Shown piece by piece: positions 45,071 through 45,157 of a stretch of DNA of 45,157 bases. Every line of letters starts with the position of its first letter. The first letter of the stretch is position 1. The translations under genes were made by a program, and so were the position numbers. The stretch comes from a virus (lineage: Duplodnaviria; Caudoviricetes). Where the stretch lies: the IMG/VR virus record IMGVR_UViG_3300049780_000024, positions 1 to 45,157 of that record. One strand, given 5' to 3'. The notes under the pieces were generated by a model, which saw nothing but the letters and a program-made list of their open reading frames with translations, was not told where the DNA came from and ran no database searches.

Positions 45071-45157
45071 GGCGGCTCCTTCGGGGGACTCCACCCTAGG
45101 GCGGAGCGGGGCAACGGACGAGCAGAGGGGACGTGCCGGATCGCGGCTAATTAACCC

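Noticed and set aside
1-45157. tRNA, rRNA, reverse transcriptase/DGR, IS transposase or CRISPR
   Set aside because: None recognised by eye; tRNAscan, Rfam and HMM searches would be needed to exclude them rigorously

Overview
High-GC actinobacterial (Streptomyces-like) DNA, almost all of it the right-hand ~45 kb of an integrated temperate siphovirus. From left to right: (i) 1-7.2 kb, small Cys-rich ORFs plus what looks like a Streptomyces conjugation/spread module (SpdB-like 4-TM protein, secreted/membrane protein, TraB FtsK-type translocase and a clt-like repeat array right after traB); (ii) a lipoprotein and two very basic small proteins; (iii) 8.3-29.0 kb, a co-linear SPP1-like head/neck/tail operon, including a -1 frameshifted tail chaperone; (iv) 29.0-32.9 kb, a minus-strand glyco-cassette (NDP-sugar epimerase, GT4-like and DXD GT-A-like glycosyltransferases); (v) the lysis cassette, a collagen-like protein and a tail-type protein ending in a CE4 polysaccharide deacetylase domain; (vi) an accessory arm with a lipoprotein, serine recombinase, Ku, small genes with DNA-damage-type promoters and two GntR regulators; (vii) a probable attR at ~44,960 that cuts the 5' end of a host MHS-family MFS transporter gene. 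No integrase, repressor or replication gene was recognised in the window; they presumably lie to the left. The main hypothesis is a prophage that can spread both as a virion and by TraB-mediated conjugation, and that glycosylates something (possibly its own virion) under late control. All family assignments come from motif recognition by eye, not database searches.
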